Made by a program: the position numbers and the translations under genes. The notes beneath the pieces were generated by a model that saw nothing but the letters and a program-made list of their open reading frames with translations, was not told the DNA's origin and did not search any database. A stretch of DNA of 64,000 bases from Laetmonice hystrix (lineage: Eukaryota): assembly GCA_965235115.1 (NCBI GenBank), contig OZ249436.1, positions 46,998,001 to 47,062,000 of the forward strand, in the 5' to 3' direction. Of the stretch, positions 14,816-27,600 are shown piece after piece. The first letter of the stretch is position 1. Every line of letters begins with the position of its first letter.

Positions 14816-15108
14816 CAATCTAATTAAAATTAGATCTTGGTATTCCGCGTCTCTCTCGGCTGTTTCAGTGCTGCCGCGCTCCATACCTAGATCTAAGGAC
14901 ATCCCATTAGGGGTCACCTCAGGTTGACCTCGGGATTCAGCCAATCAGCGAGTCGCCTACGAAATCTTCGGTGTGCGCTCGCAGGCATTTTCAACGGCAC
15001 ACTTGAATCTGGGTCAAAGGTCAGCCTGAGGTGACCCCATACGCGATGCCGTTAGATCCTAGTATGGAGCGCATGCGAAATAACTAAGACCTTATTTTAA
15101 TTAGATTG
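14816..15108. mobile_element. Palindromic MITE with 10-bp TSD (Mutator-like)
   Basis: TIR CAATCTAATTAAAAT...ATTTTAATTAGATTG, with inverted symmetry continuing inward (GCGCTCCATAC/GTATGGAGCGC, GGGGTCACCTCAGG/CCTGAGGTGACCCC). Flanked by identical TGTACATGTG at 14806-14815 and 15109-15118. Confidence 0.75.
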
Positions 15109-15640
15109 TGTACATGTGGTAAACAGTGGTTTCTAAAGCAGACAGGTGTGCAGCCAAGCGTGTTACTCCCAGGGCAGCGGGACGTGGAAGGTCACGGAGA
15201 TGTGACCATATTAATTGGTCACAGACACCGTGGCAACAGTTCCTAACGACAATGTCGTCTGCTGGATCATCGCGCCCTCCTCCAGCCTCGTTTTGGGAGC
15301 GGACGCTGGGGTCACGGGCGGGATCACCTGAGTGAGTGTTGAGGTGAGGACTGAAACCAGCAAGGTGAGAACGCGCCACAGGAGGAACAACTCTGCTTGA
15401 GCTGGCAGTCGGGCGGTTCATCAGGGACGGTGTACACAATTATCTGTCAGATGTTGTCATGGGAGCAAGCGAGGCGAAACGCCGCCAAACCAATCCGAAC
15501 AGCGAAGATCGACGCCACTGAAAACATCTTCCTGGGAGTTGAAATATGAATCGACCTGAACGATCAACAGGACAAATCTGGGCGGGACAGCGAGATTGAC
15601 TTCTGACGTTAAAAAAACAGACGATATTGAAGACGCAAAT

Positions 15641-18600
15641 ATGTACGGCCGTCTGACTTTGTTGACATTGCTGACGCTGATGTGGACACCAACGACACTG
15701 CTCGCAGGTAGGACTGCTTGTATCTTAATAATAAACCATGTCACAAAGGTAAACAGTGCACTTTCTCCGGCGATCATGGTAAGATATTGTGCCAGATTTC
15801 TGACATTTTTGCTCTCCGCCAACTTTGCTGCTCGGGGGTTTGATATGCTAGAGCTAGCCAAGTAAGGTGTAGGACACCTTTGGACTTTCTTTTTATTGGT
15901 GGTAACAGAATGACTTTTCTAGGACAGTGCAGCCCGTCTGTCGAGTTTTTCATTCCGCCTGGGCGCGTATTCCATTTGACTGGGGAATACACAACTTATA
16001 TTGCAATAAAGACTATGGCCTTATATCTTAGCTTATGTATTCAATATACCACGCTCATGATTAAATCATTAATACTTCAACAAGCAGTTTTTTAAAATAA
16101 TTTGTATCAAATCCTGTGTTTCGGCGCAGGATATTCGTAAGTTTTGGCATCATATTGTTTTTGATTATATTTCAAATTACTAAAAAATATAGGTTAAATC
16201 AATTGTACTGAAGAGACCTAGAATTATAAGAAGTGTAACATAACTTTGTGAATATCTACTTGTTGTTGCCTATGTTTTTATTGTGGCAGCCGTTAGACCA
16301 GAACCCGACCCTCCGCCAGAAGGTGAGCTGTTATGCCGGGAGCACACGTATACCGACCCGACTATAGGCCTACACAATCCGACTAGTGGTGTTTACACCT
16401 CCAAAAAACCTAGAGATACTATACCGACTAGTCCCGACCCGACCTCATTCAAGTGTCCCCGACCCCTTACAACTGGCTCTGAATCATGGTTTCAAGGGTT
16501 AAAGTACAAGTTGGATGGGGTTGAGTCGGCTCGGTACGTGTGTGCCCGGTTTTAGAGGCTATGTAAGAATGGCTTACAGGTTCCGACGCGTGCGCTATTA
16601 AATACGTGTGAATCGGCCGGCTCGGTACGTGCCGCGTCGAGCATATATTCTTTGTCAACAATCTCTGACCTAAAACGGTATTCTCTTTTTTTCGCCGCCA
16701 AAACAAGGCGTGCACGAATCAAGGACTGCCTTTTTCAGGTAGCACTGGATTCTCTGCTTCCGATTTCAGCTCTTCTAAATGTATGGTATTTGGGACTTCA
16801 TCGCTTTGGCGGGCGTTTCGCTTCTCTGGTCAATGTGTCTTTTTTTTCGCAAACTCTTAGCGTGGTTGCACGCATGCACAGCCCTCGCCAAACTTTCCCC
16901 CCTCGTATTTTAGAGAAAAACGGAAGGGAAACGCTCGAGTATAACACAGCTCCGTTTCGTTATGTGTATTTTGTTTTGTACTGCGTCAATTAATTTTGGC
17001 TCTCTTCTTATTAACTTTGGTAGACTTTAAACTCAAAAGGAAACCAGCAAAAAGTTCTAAAACCGGTATTCTTAAAACACATTTGTATGATATTTGGAGT
17101 CCTTAGAATACCGCCAATAATTACGTCATTCTAGGTATATTTCATTGCCAAGAATAACCAGAGTGGTCACATAGGTATATTTCATTGCCAACAATAACCT
17201 GAGTGGTCACATAAGAAGTAGAAGTATTTTACAATACTTTCTGCAGATCATCGTGTTTAACCTTCCCTGTAAATGTTACAGGAGTTTCTGACCTCGTGAA
17301 CGAAACGCAACATATCCGTGAGAATTCAGTCGGCTTACAGATGTTTTTACAACTAAGTCCTTAAAAGTTTGCGATAAATAAACATCAATAAAATACAAAG
17401 TCATAGCTGCATTTCTTTTGAGGAAGTCTCAGGGCAGATAGATAGTGTTAAACTGTTCCCTTGACCTGTTGACGTCATCAGTTCCTGGTATGTCGTGTAA
17501 GTGCCCTAGTAAGTGATCCCATGCAGGTACTCGTACAGGGGGTGATGCGGGAAGGGCTGGGGGTGCTATGATCTCATAAGTCATGCCGAGCCCTGGGCAT
17601 GGCGTCTACGTCTGTTTGATGTTCATCTGTTTGTATACTCTGTGTTTACGTAAAGATTTGGTTGGATCGTGCAGGCCCATGTATGTACATTGGCGTATTG
17701 AGAGATTATTGTGAAGGATCGTTATCCTGTGCCGTGCGTCCCTATTCAGTTGAGATTAAGAATATAATAGAGGGTTATCGCCTTTTCTCCTGAAACATCA
17801 TGTGACTTGAGGCCTTGAGTCTGTGTAGAAAGTGTTCATTGATACACGGATTTGGGCAGTTTATGATTGGACAGGGCTATTAAATAGGATTACGCCTCAG
17901 TCATAGCCAAGCTGGTCTCACATCGGCCATGTTGACCTGTGGAGGGAGAAAGGAGTACAGGGTAACGCCAACAAACCTGCAGCAAGTAACTGATAAACTT
18001 CATAAAACACGAAGGTGCACTTCAAGGCCCTGTGATCCCAAGCTTTGGTCTCAGACCATTGAGCTACTGTTATTCAAAGATGCCAATAAGGTTCTAAACT
18101 CCTTATCATGGCGGTCTACGGAGAAGGAACAGAAAGATGAAAAAATGATTCAGAGAAAAATAGTAGAGAAAGAGGGAATAATAACTTTTTCAACTATTCG
18201 GCATTGCCTGACCCCCTCCCCACCCCAATACTCCGCCACTGTGTATGATATTGCGATGTGCTATGTAGTGTAAAGCAGGCAGATATTATCATACTCCAGC
18301 CCCGTACTCATGAATCAAGAGTATGTCTGACGTATGTATCATTCTTGTAGGCCTACTCAAGCTCCGTACTCAAGAATCAAAATGTATGTCTGACGTATGT
18401 GTCATTCATGATATATCCTAGGCGTCAGACACCACGTCGATCTATCTAGCATCTGTCTCAGAGACGATGTCTCGTTTCCTGGCCCGAGATGGTTCATTGT
18501 AACTATTCGTGGTTTTCTTTAAGCCTAACAAACACACTCATAAAGCAGTTTAGAAGTGCTTGTATTTTGCTTAGAGATGTTTCTGATGCGCGCGTTATAA

Positions 18601-21600
18601 TGTTGCTCAAAGTTATTCAGCCAATCAAATGTAGCATGTTGTGCTTAAATTCATCGAAATTAAAATTATTAGAAATCTGGGCAGGGCCTGAGCCAGGGTG
18701 CAGTACAAACTGCGCCCAGTGCGTGGAAGATTTCTTTAAGCGGAGAGTGCGTCTTTGCGGTATAAAGTTGCTGTTCTGCGCCGCGTCGTCCGCAGGTTGA
18801 CAGAGCGCCACCTGGTGGTTAAAGCAAACAGCGACTATCATAACCACATCTACTTTAATGACTCCGAAAGTCAGACATGTTAGGTTAGATAAGGCCTCAG
18901 ACTGCGTAAATCAATAAACGTATAGGCCTACTCACAGAAATGGAGAAATCTAATGAAATTCAACACTCCAGTTGCCTGACTTGAACAGCCAATTAAATTC
19001 ATCGGTTCATGGCTCGATACATTTTATAGGCTGTTCAAGTCAATGCCCGCTATGAGACGAGCGCTTCATAGCGGCAGCAGGCAACTGAAATGTGGAATTT
19101 CATTCGATTTCTACATTTATTGATTTATGTAGTTAGGCCTTATCTAAGCCCGTGTCTCCATTTTGGAGTCATTGAACTAAGAGATAATCGGGATTGGCTT
19201 TAACTGAAGGCATAGGTTCAGAACAGTATCTCCAGTGGTGGACGGGGTGGGGGGGGGGGGGGGGGGGCAATGGGCACGGTTAGTCGCCCAGAAATCTTAC
19301 TTGAAAAGGTGTGTTTATAATGAAACGGTGTGTTTATAAATCAGAATTAAACACGATAGTAACTCATGGCGGGATGGTGAGGATAATATTCTTATCTCCG
19401 CCAAACCAGGAGGCAAACTCTTCTTTATATTTGATCTCCATCAACACCTTTAGTTTCCAGCAGAGGTTTACCTGGACGTGGTTCCCATTACTCTATAGCC
19501 GGCCCACAAAATAACACCAGAGTTAATTCACGGCTGACCTTGGAGTATCCATTTACTGGGGCAGGGAGAGGTTATTCTCCCCTGCTCTACCCAAATTTTG
19601 GACGTCTCCACACCGCCGCTGATGCCATTATTATACAATACATTATACAATAACATTATGGTACAATAATAGCAACCTGCACCGTCCGGGAAAACGTCCA
19701 GGGGCGTGTAAAGTGCCAGGTCAAAGGTCACACAGACCAGTTGACACCGATTACTGAGCGTGAGATAAGGGTGGAGCCTTCCAACACCGCCACCAGACGG
19801 CGCTATTGTTGGCGGCTGAAATAATCTCACAGCTCGGCGAGAGGAATCTGCTCTGCCAGCCACAAAACAATGCCACACCTTGGGCCATCCTGGCAGCCAC
19901 AAAACAATGCCACCTGGCCACCCTGGCACCGGGCAGACAATGAGTTCGTAAGTGTTGGTGGTTTTATGCCGTGCCAACAACTCAGGTCATATTTACAGAG
20001 AGAAAAAAAAGAGTATTACACAGTAAAAGAGCCCTATTATCTCCCGGGTCTCCACAAGGCAAGACATCGGCCAGAGTAGAGAGGTAGCCATTATATCCCA
20101 CTCGACTTGAGGTTCCTGTTACATTGAGGTTTTCTGAAGGTGTTGTCAGGTTGGTGGTTGATCGGAAAAGAACAGGTTTACTAGATTAGGTTGTCAGTGA
20201 ACCTGATAACTTTTTACATACCCTTTCACCTCGGGTGGGGTGGGGGGGGGGCGTGGTGGGTCATGGACAATAAAAGACAATAGATTACGTAAATGGAAAA
20301 TAAAACATTACATAAATGACGTCAATGTAGACGACTAACTTGGCTGCCACCATCCCTTTTAAGAATATGGAGGAAATTGTTTTTTAAAAAGTCTCAAGAC
20401 TGACCGTGAAAAACGCTGTTATGACCCTACCGTTTTTTTTTATGACGTTGTCTGTGTCGAATTTGTTGTACAAACCGAATAGATGGGGTCCTTTCACATA
20501 AGCACTTAGACCTTTTCTATAGGCTGGGTGAGATATCCGTACCATTGAACACATTTGTCTTTTTTGTACAGTATATCCTGGTAGGTTGATTTAAGGCAAT
20601 TATTTTCCTGCATGCATATATAGGTTAACTATTCAAGGGTCGACATTAGTAAGTGCTACAAAAGTCATTACATTTAAGTGCAATAATCTATTTGCTGGAG
20701 GATGATTGCTCTATCGATCACCCGTATCTCAAATATATATACTAAATATTTATATTTGGAGCAGATGGACACATGTATTACAACATCATGAAATGATACT
20801 TTTGATCCTAAAGGTAGGCAAACATCGTGTCTACTGCGTTATTTCAGTAAGCCATCAACCAACATTGCTTTGGACGGAAACAGGACTTCAGAAACGGATT
20901 CAAGTGGTAGGAATAATAGGGCAACCACGTGACTGGATCAGATCTCGCTCTCCGAGAATCATCGGCGAGATGTCGGAATCAGAGTGGAACAAATATCAAC
21001 ATTCATCCCGACGAGCTCTGTCCTTCCAGCACTCCACACAAACTTTATTCTGGAGTGACCTTGGCTTTAAGGAAATTCATCGGACAAGGTTAAAACGGGA
21101 GAACGACTTGGAATCTGTTCACAATCTGACTGTTGACGTTGTCTATGCGGGAACCTCGCAGCAGGTCAATGGTCTGGCTGTCGATTGGTTGTCCGGTAGC
21201 GTCTATTGGTCAGATGCCCTCTACAATTGGATCGCTGTCGCTTCCGGCTACAACACTGACATCTACCGGCCACTTGTAACAACCGACCTGGACAGACCCA
21301 TGGGCCTTGTTGTCCACCCCAGGCTAGGGTAATAATTTACATGTAACTTACCCTTTTATTGTTATAATATCCTCCATGATATCGCGATAAAAAAGGCAAA
21401 AAAGATGGAAATACTATTTCTTCTGTACAGAATTGTGTTATTTGACCCTCATTTATGACGTCCTAACCTGACTTGAGGCGCATGTAGGCCTACATTCATG
21501 CATTCCATTGGTTTAATATGTCAATGTCATTGGATGTGCTAACCATTTATGTCAAGGTTCAATTGCTTGTTATCTTGTCATTCACCTAACAATGTGTTTG

Positions 21601-24600
21601 TTTTCTGTCCCATTAAGGTTGATGTTTTGGAATTCGTGGGGGGCCGTACCAAAGATCGAAGTGGCATCATTAGCTGGAGAAAACAGAAGTGTATTTATCG
21701 ACCAGGCCATTGATCGACCGCTAGGGATGGCGATTGACTACGACACTGACATGTTATATTGGGTGGATGATTTTCTTGACACCATCGATTGCATACGCCT
21801 AGACGGAACCGGAAGGCATGCAATCTATTTGTCATCTATGACGCCAAACGGTCCGAGTAAGCTATACGGACTTGCCTTATACCAGGTACACTGCCAAACT
21901 GGTCATATTGTCATTACCAGGTACACTGCCAAACCGGTCACATTGTCATTATCAGGTACACTGCCAAACCGGTCACATTATCATTACCAGGTACACTGCC
22001 AAACCGGCCACATTATCATTACCAGGTACACTGCCAAACCGGCCACATTGTCATTAGCCTAACAGGTACACTGCCAAACCGGTCACATTGTCATTACCAA
22101 GTACACTGCCAAACCGGTCACATTGTCATTACCAGGTACACTGCCAAACTGGCCACATTATCATTACCAGGTACACTGCCAAACTGGCCACATTATCATT
22201 ACCAGGTACACTGCCAAACCGGTCACATTGTCATTACCAGGTACACTGCCAAACCGGTCACATTGTCATTACCAGGTACACTGCCAAACCGGTCACATTG
22301 TCATTACCAGGTACACTGCCAAACCGGTCACATTGTCATTACCAGGTACACTGCCAAACCGGTCACATTGTCATTACCAGGTACACTGCCAAACTGGTCA
22401 CATTGTCATTACCAGGTACACTGCCAAACTGGTCACATTGTCATTACCAAGTATACTGCCAAACTGGCCACATTGTCATCACCAGGTACACTACCAAACC
22501 GGTCACACTGTCACAGATATGAAGTATGTTTTACCATTGAAGGTCCTTAGAATTTAGAAACAATATTGAGAACGAGTAAACGGTGTCTACACACTGAAAC
22601 CGATTTGTATCCCGTGGGGTTGACCTATCTTCTAATATCCTTGCCCATCCTGTCCCGCCTCTCACTCACATGTCTTTATAACCTTTGTCTCCAGGACTAC
22701 CTTTTCGTGACAGACCAGCTTTATAAGACGATTCGTATTTTCAACAAGACATCCGACGAACACATCCAGAACGTGTTTCTAGGCCGAATTCCCTACGATA
22801 TTATCATGTACTCGGCTGAGGCCCAGGAAAACATTACTTGTAGGTTTCAGCAACATCGTATCCGCAAATATTGCATAACATGTCAGTTACATAACTGGTG
22901 TCATGACTAGTTCTGTTTATAGAGTAAGTTTCGAAATATAAGGACAAAACAACGTTGAAAACTCTGGTTGCCTACCGACGTAAGTGGAGTTTTCTGAGGA
23001 ATTTCTCAATTTAATGTTGTCAACATAATGCTACAAGTAAATCGCAGAGACGGTCATGTAGATCTATACCGGAAACAAAAAGAGCATGTGACCTCATTAT
23101 ATGCGCTTCTTTCCTTTCAGCCGAATGTCCGACGTTGGGCTGTCACCATATATGTGTGGGTGAGGGTGAAGGGAGGGGGAGATGTCTATGTAGTCAGGGC
23201 TACGACCTGGATACTGACGGGGTCACATGTCTTCGTAAGCTGTTTAAATCTCATCGCCTCATTTAGTTCTTTAGCGACAATTGTTTTCCTCTAATTTGAA
23301 CATGTAGGATACAAAATTCAGAAATAAATGTAGAGGGGCTATAACAGTGCTTGATGAGAGGATCATTTACATATTTGTAGGCATATTTTCACTTGGTTTC
23401 CCCCCTTCTGAGGTCGGAAATATACTTCTTATGTTAAGGAGCATTTCAAACAAACAATCAAGCCATACGTCTGTTCTTTCTTACGACTATAGGTTTTTCA
23501 GTTAAACCTTTTTTTTATATCAGTTCATGTAGGTATACGGGAGCCTATGTACTTATACACGACGGGCACCTCACTGTGTGGTACTGATACAAACGTGGCT
23601 GACCGTGACCTCCTCGACCCCTCCCAGGATGTCACGTGCTCGTTCGCCACGCCTACCTTGACCTTGGCCTTGGCGGCAGACGTTCACGGCGAAAACGTCT
23701 TTTTCTCTGACGGACATGACGGCGTCATTTACCGACGTCGGCTGAGGCAGGGTGGGAAGACTGACATCATCGCTGTACAGACCGGTTACGTCAGAGGTAG
23801 GCGCTGTGCCTGTAGATCTTGTTAATTACAAAAAAAAGGAGAAAAAAATTGGGCCCCCAAAGCCCTTGCCGCCCGTTTTCCAGACGAGCATGCGGGGGTG
23901 CCTAGGTTTATCAGCTATTTGCCCTGATTGCAGCCCTATCAATAAGGTTTTGACTTCTTGTTCTTAGTCTAGGCCTCCACATATCGTAAATCATGTAGGT
24001 GACAAGCCTCTTTTACTTTAAACTCAACCTTACCAAAATTCTCCCATTGCGAGTTTTCTTGTCCCAGGAATGGCTGTTGATTGGTTATGGGCAACCTATA
24101 GTTTTCTTGTCCTAGGGATGGCTGTTGATTGGTTATGGGCAAACCTAGTTTTCTTGTCCCAGGAATGGCTGGTGATTGGTTATGGGCAAACCTAGTTTTC
24201 TTGTCCCAGGAATGGCTGGTGATTGGTTATGGGCAAACCTAGTTTTCTTGTCCTAGGAATGGCTGTTGATTGGTTATCGGCAACCCTAGTTTTCTTGTCC
24301 TAGGAATGGCTGTTGATTGGTTATGGGCAAACCTAGTTTTCTTGTCCTAGGAATGGCTGTTGATTGGTTATCGACAAACCTAGTTTTCTTGTCCTAGGAA
24401 TGGCTGTTGATTGGTTATCGACAAACCTAGTTTTCTTGTCCTAGGAATGGCTGTTGATTGGTTATCGACAAACCTAGTTTTCTTGTCCCAGGAATGGCTG
24501 GTGATTGGTTATGGGCAAACCTAGTTTTCTTGTCCTAGGAATGACTGTAGATTGGTTATCGACAAACCTAGTTTTCTTGTCCCAGGAATGGCTGTTGATT

Positions 24601-27600
24601 GGTTATCGACAAACCTAGTTTTCTTGTCCTCGGAATGACTGTAGATTGGTTATGGACAAACCTAGTTTTCTTGTCCTAGGAATGGCTGTTGATTGGTTAT
24701 CGGCAAACCTGTACTACACGGACGCCATCTTGCGGCAGATTATGGTGTCGAGGCTGGACGGACGGTATCCCGCCATTCTCTGCGAGGATATCGGGACGCC
24801 ACGAGGGATCGCAGTGAACCCCACCAAAGGGTAGAGAGAATCCTTGTGTCACCTCATTAACCTCGGTCAAACATTGTAAGCCACCGGATGAGTAGAACCA
24901 TTACTATAATATTGCTTGACTTAAGGCCTGTCAATACATGCAGCAAAAACATGGTTTGCACATGCTATAAAGATCTACTTTTTCAAAACGACCATAGAGA
25001 TCTACTAACAAACTAGAATTTTGCTGTGACCTTTCTGGACTGGTCTTTACAAATTTTCCCAACGTTTTTAGATACTGAAAAAAATCCTTTCAAAATGGTG
25101 ACAAGATTAAGGTTAAAGAGACTGCGTTTTGACGTTATGTTTTTACAAATGGTTTTTATCATCAACTATTACTGTTGCATGCTACTCATTTTGAGAGTTT
25201 TCATTAAGATGTGGTTATTTGCAGTAAGATGTACTGGGTTGACGTGGACGCCGAGGTGATATGGTACGCTGACATGGACTGTACCAACAGGAAGATCTTC
25301 GTTGACCGCGTCATTGGCGGCGACGGGGTCGGCCTTGACGTGATTGGTGGAAGGTAGGTCACGTGACCTATTTACGGCGTCCACCTTGGCCTGGCCGTCT
25401 TTAAAAGCCTTTTTGAAGTCTTTCTTGAAGTTTTTCTTGAGTTCATTCATGCTATTTATTTAACCGGCCCACCCCACGCCATTTCTTTCTCCTACTCTAA
25501 CCGTCTTCATGTTTTCCTATAGATTATATTGGGCACAGCGGGCGGGAATAATATCCGCCAACCTCCAAGGTGAGGACAAACAGAGTTTAGTCACCGACTT
25601 CGGATACACTTTCCGTGACGTGACAGTTTACCAGGTAAGAACGCACAATAATTCGGACTGTTTTGAAAGAAGCAAATTCTTTAAAAGATTGAAAAAGTAG
25701 GAGCGTTTTCCTTTATGGTTTTCCAATATACGTTGAACTTTAGACGGTTTGCATCTGATTGGGTTCGGCCTATTACAATTTAAGTTTTCCGTACAAAAAT
25801 AATTAAGATTAAGAAGTTCGGATTAAGAACTTGTCTCTGCGAGGTCAGGTTTAAGGACGTGTCTATGAGATTTCAGAATATAGTAATTGTTTGTGTGAGT
25901 TCAGGTTTAAGGACTTAGAACTCTCTCAGAATTCAGGATTAAGGACTTGTTTGTGTGAGTTCAGGATTAAGGACTTGTCTTTGTGAGTTCAAGATTAAGG
26001 ACTTGTTTGTGTGAGCTCAAGATTAAGGACTTGTTTGTGTAAGTTCAGGTCTTGTCTCTGTGAGTTCAGGATTAAGGACATGTCTTTGTGAGTTCAAGAT
26101 TAAGGACTTGTCTCTGTGAGTTCAGGATTAAGGACTTGTCTCTGTGAGTTCAGGATTAAGGACATGTCTCTGTGAGTTCAAGATTAAGGAAGGACTTGTT
26201 TCTGTGAGTTCAGGATTAAGGACTTGTCTGTATCAGGATTACTTCGCCTGGACGGATGGCCGGAATGGTATTTACTTCGGAGTAAAGAGCACGGGCAAGG
26301 TGTTGCGTGGCTTCCGTCACATCGAAGCCAAAGTTTCTCATGACATCATAGGTTACAGTGCCTACCTCCAGCCACCTGCTCAAGGTCAGTGAAACGCGGG
26401 GACCGGATGTAGATGCCATAGTAGTTTATTTTTTCTGTAATCTCCCATAATGCAGAGGGGTTTGCTCCGCTCATCCGTCTGCCACACGTGACTTTTTACG
26501 GACGAAATCGGGCCCCAGTCGGGGATTTCTAGGTCAGGTCAAGGGTCACTCAAACGGTAGTACCAATGTGTGGCAGAGATTGATCAAAGAGAACGATCTC
26601 TGTTCGGAGAGTGAGGAATCTATTGCCACCCCATGATGTTTCCCCTGGTGGTATTTGGTCTTTAGACCATCAGAGCCGTCTGGTGTGTGTTTAGGTCCAT
26701 GCGATGTGGAGAACGGGGAATGCGAACAGCTATGTTTACCTACACCAACCGGTAGGCGGTGCTGGTGTGGCCTGGGATTCACGCTCCACGTCGACAATAT
26801 CACTTGCGTTTCCGGTGAATATGAAAAAAATGTTTAAGAACTGTAGCACATTGCCTAGCTGCACCCTTTCATCTGCTACATACCTCTCTCTTCTGAAACA
26901 TTTTGTCCTCCACTGACACACTCTTATCTTCACTTATACATCCTTATCTCGACTGACACACCCTTATCTTCACGAGTACATCCTTATCTCAACTGACACA
27001 CCCTTATCTTCACGAGTACATCCTTATCTCAACTGACACACCCTTATCTTCACGAGTACATCCTTATCTCGACTGACACACCCTTATCTTCACGAGTACA
27101 TCCTTATCTTAACTGACACGCCCTTATCTTCACGAGTACATCCTTATCTCGACTGACACACCCTTATCTTCACGAGTACATCCTTATCTCAACTGACACA
27201 CCCTTATCTTCACGAGTACATCCTTATCTCGACTGACACACCCTTATCTTCACGAGTACATCCTTATCTCGACTGACACATGTGCCATATCTTAACAATT
27301 ACATCCTTATCTCGATAGTTACAACCTTGTATATTAAATTCTTATGTCTTGTACCTCCCTCCCTGACACCCACCTTTTCCCGACTGATGTATATGTGGAA
27401 CCCGCACACAGACGTCCAGCGGGGTCGGTTCCTCCTGCTGGTCGACCCCTACCACCGTGACGTGTACCAGCTCGATCTGACGACCTCTGACCCTCGTCCC
27501 CAGGCAGTCGGCCTCCGGGCAGCTGAGTTCCCGACTGTCGCTGACGTGGACACGAAGTCTGAGGAGGTGTACTGGGTTGATCAGCGGGCTGGGGTGATCA

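Noticed and set aside
19860..19947. Possible extra exon of receptor 2 ending at TTC|gtaagt
   Set aside because: The candidate starts and acceptors I tried do not give the phase 1 needed to join exon 2; no domain similarity.
21872..22557. Overlapping His/Cys-rich ORFs resembling metal-binding repeats
   Set aside because: They come from the stop-free 35-bp intronic repeat read in three frames.
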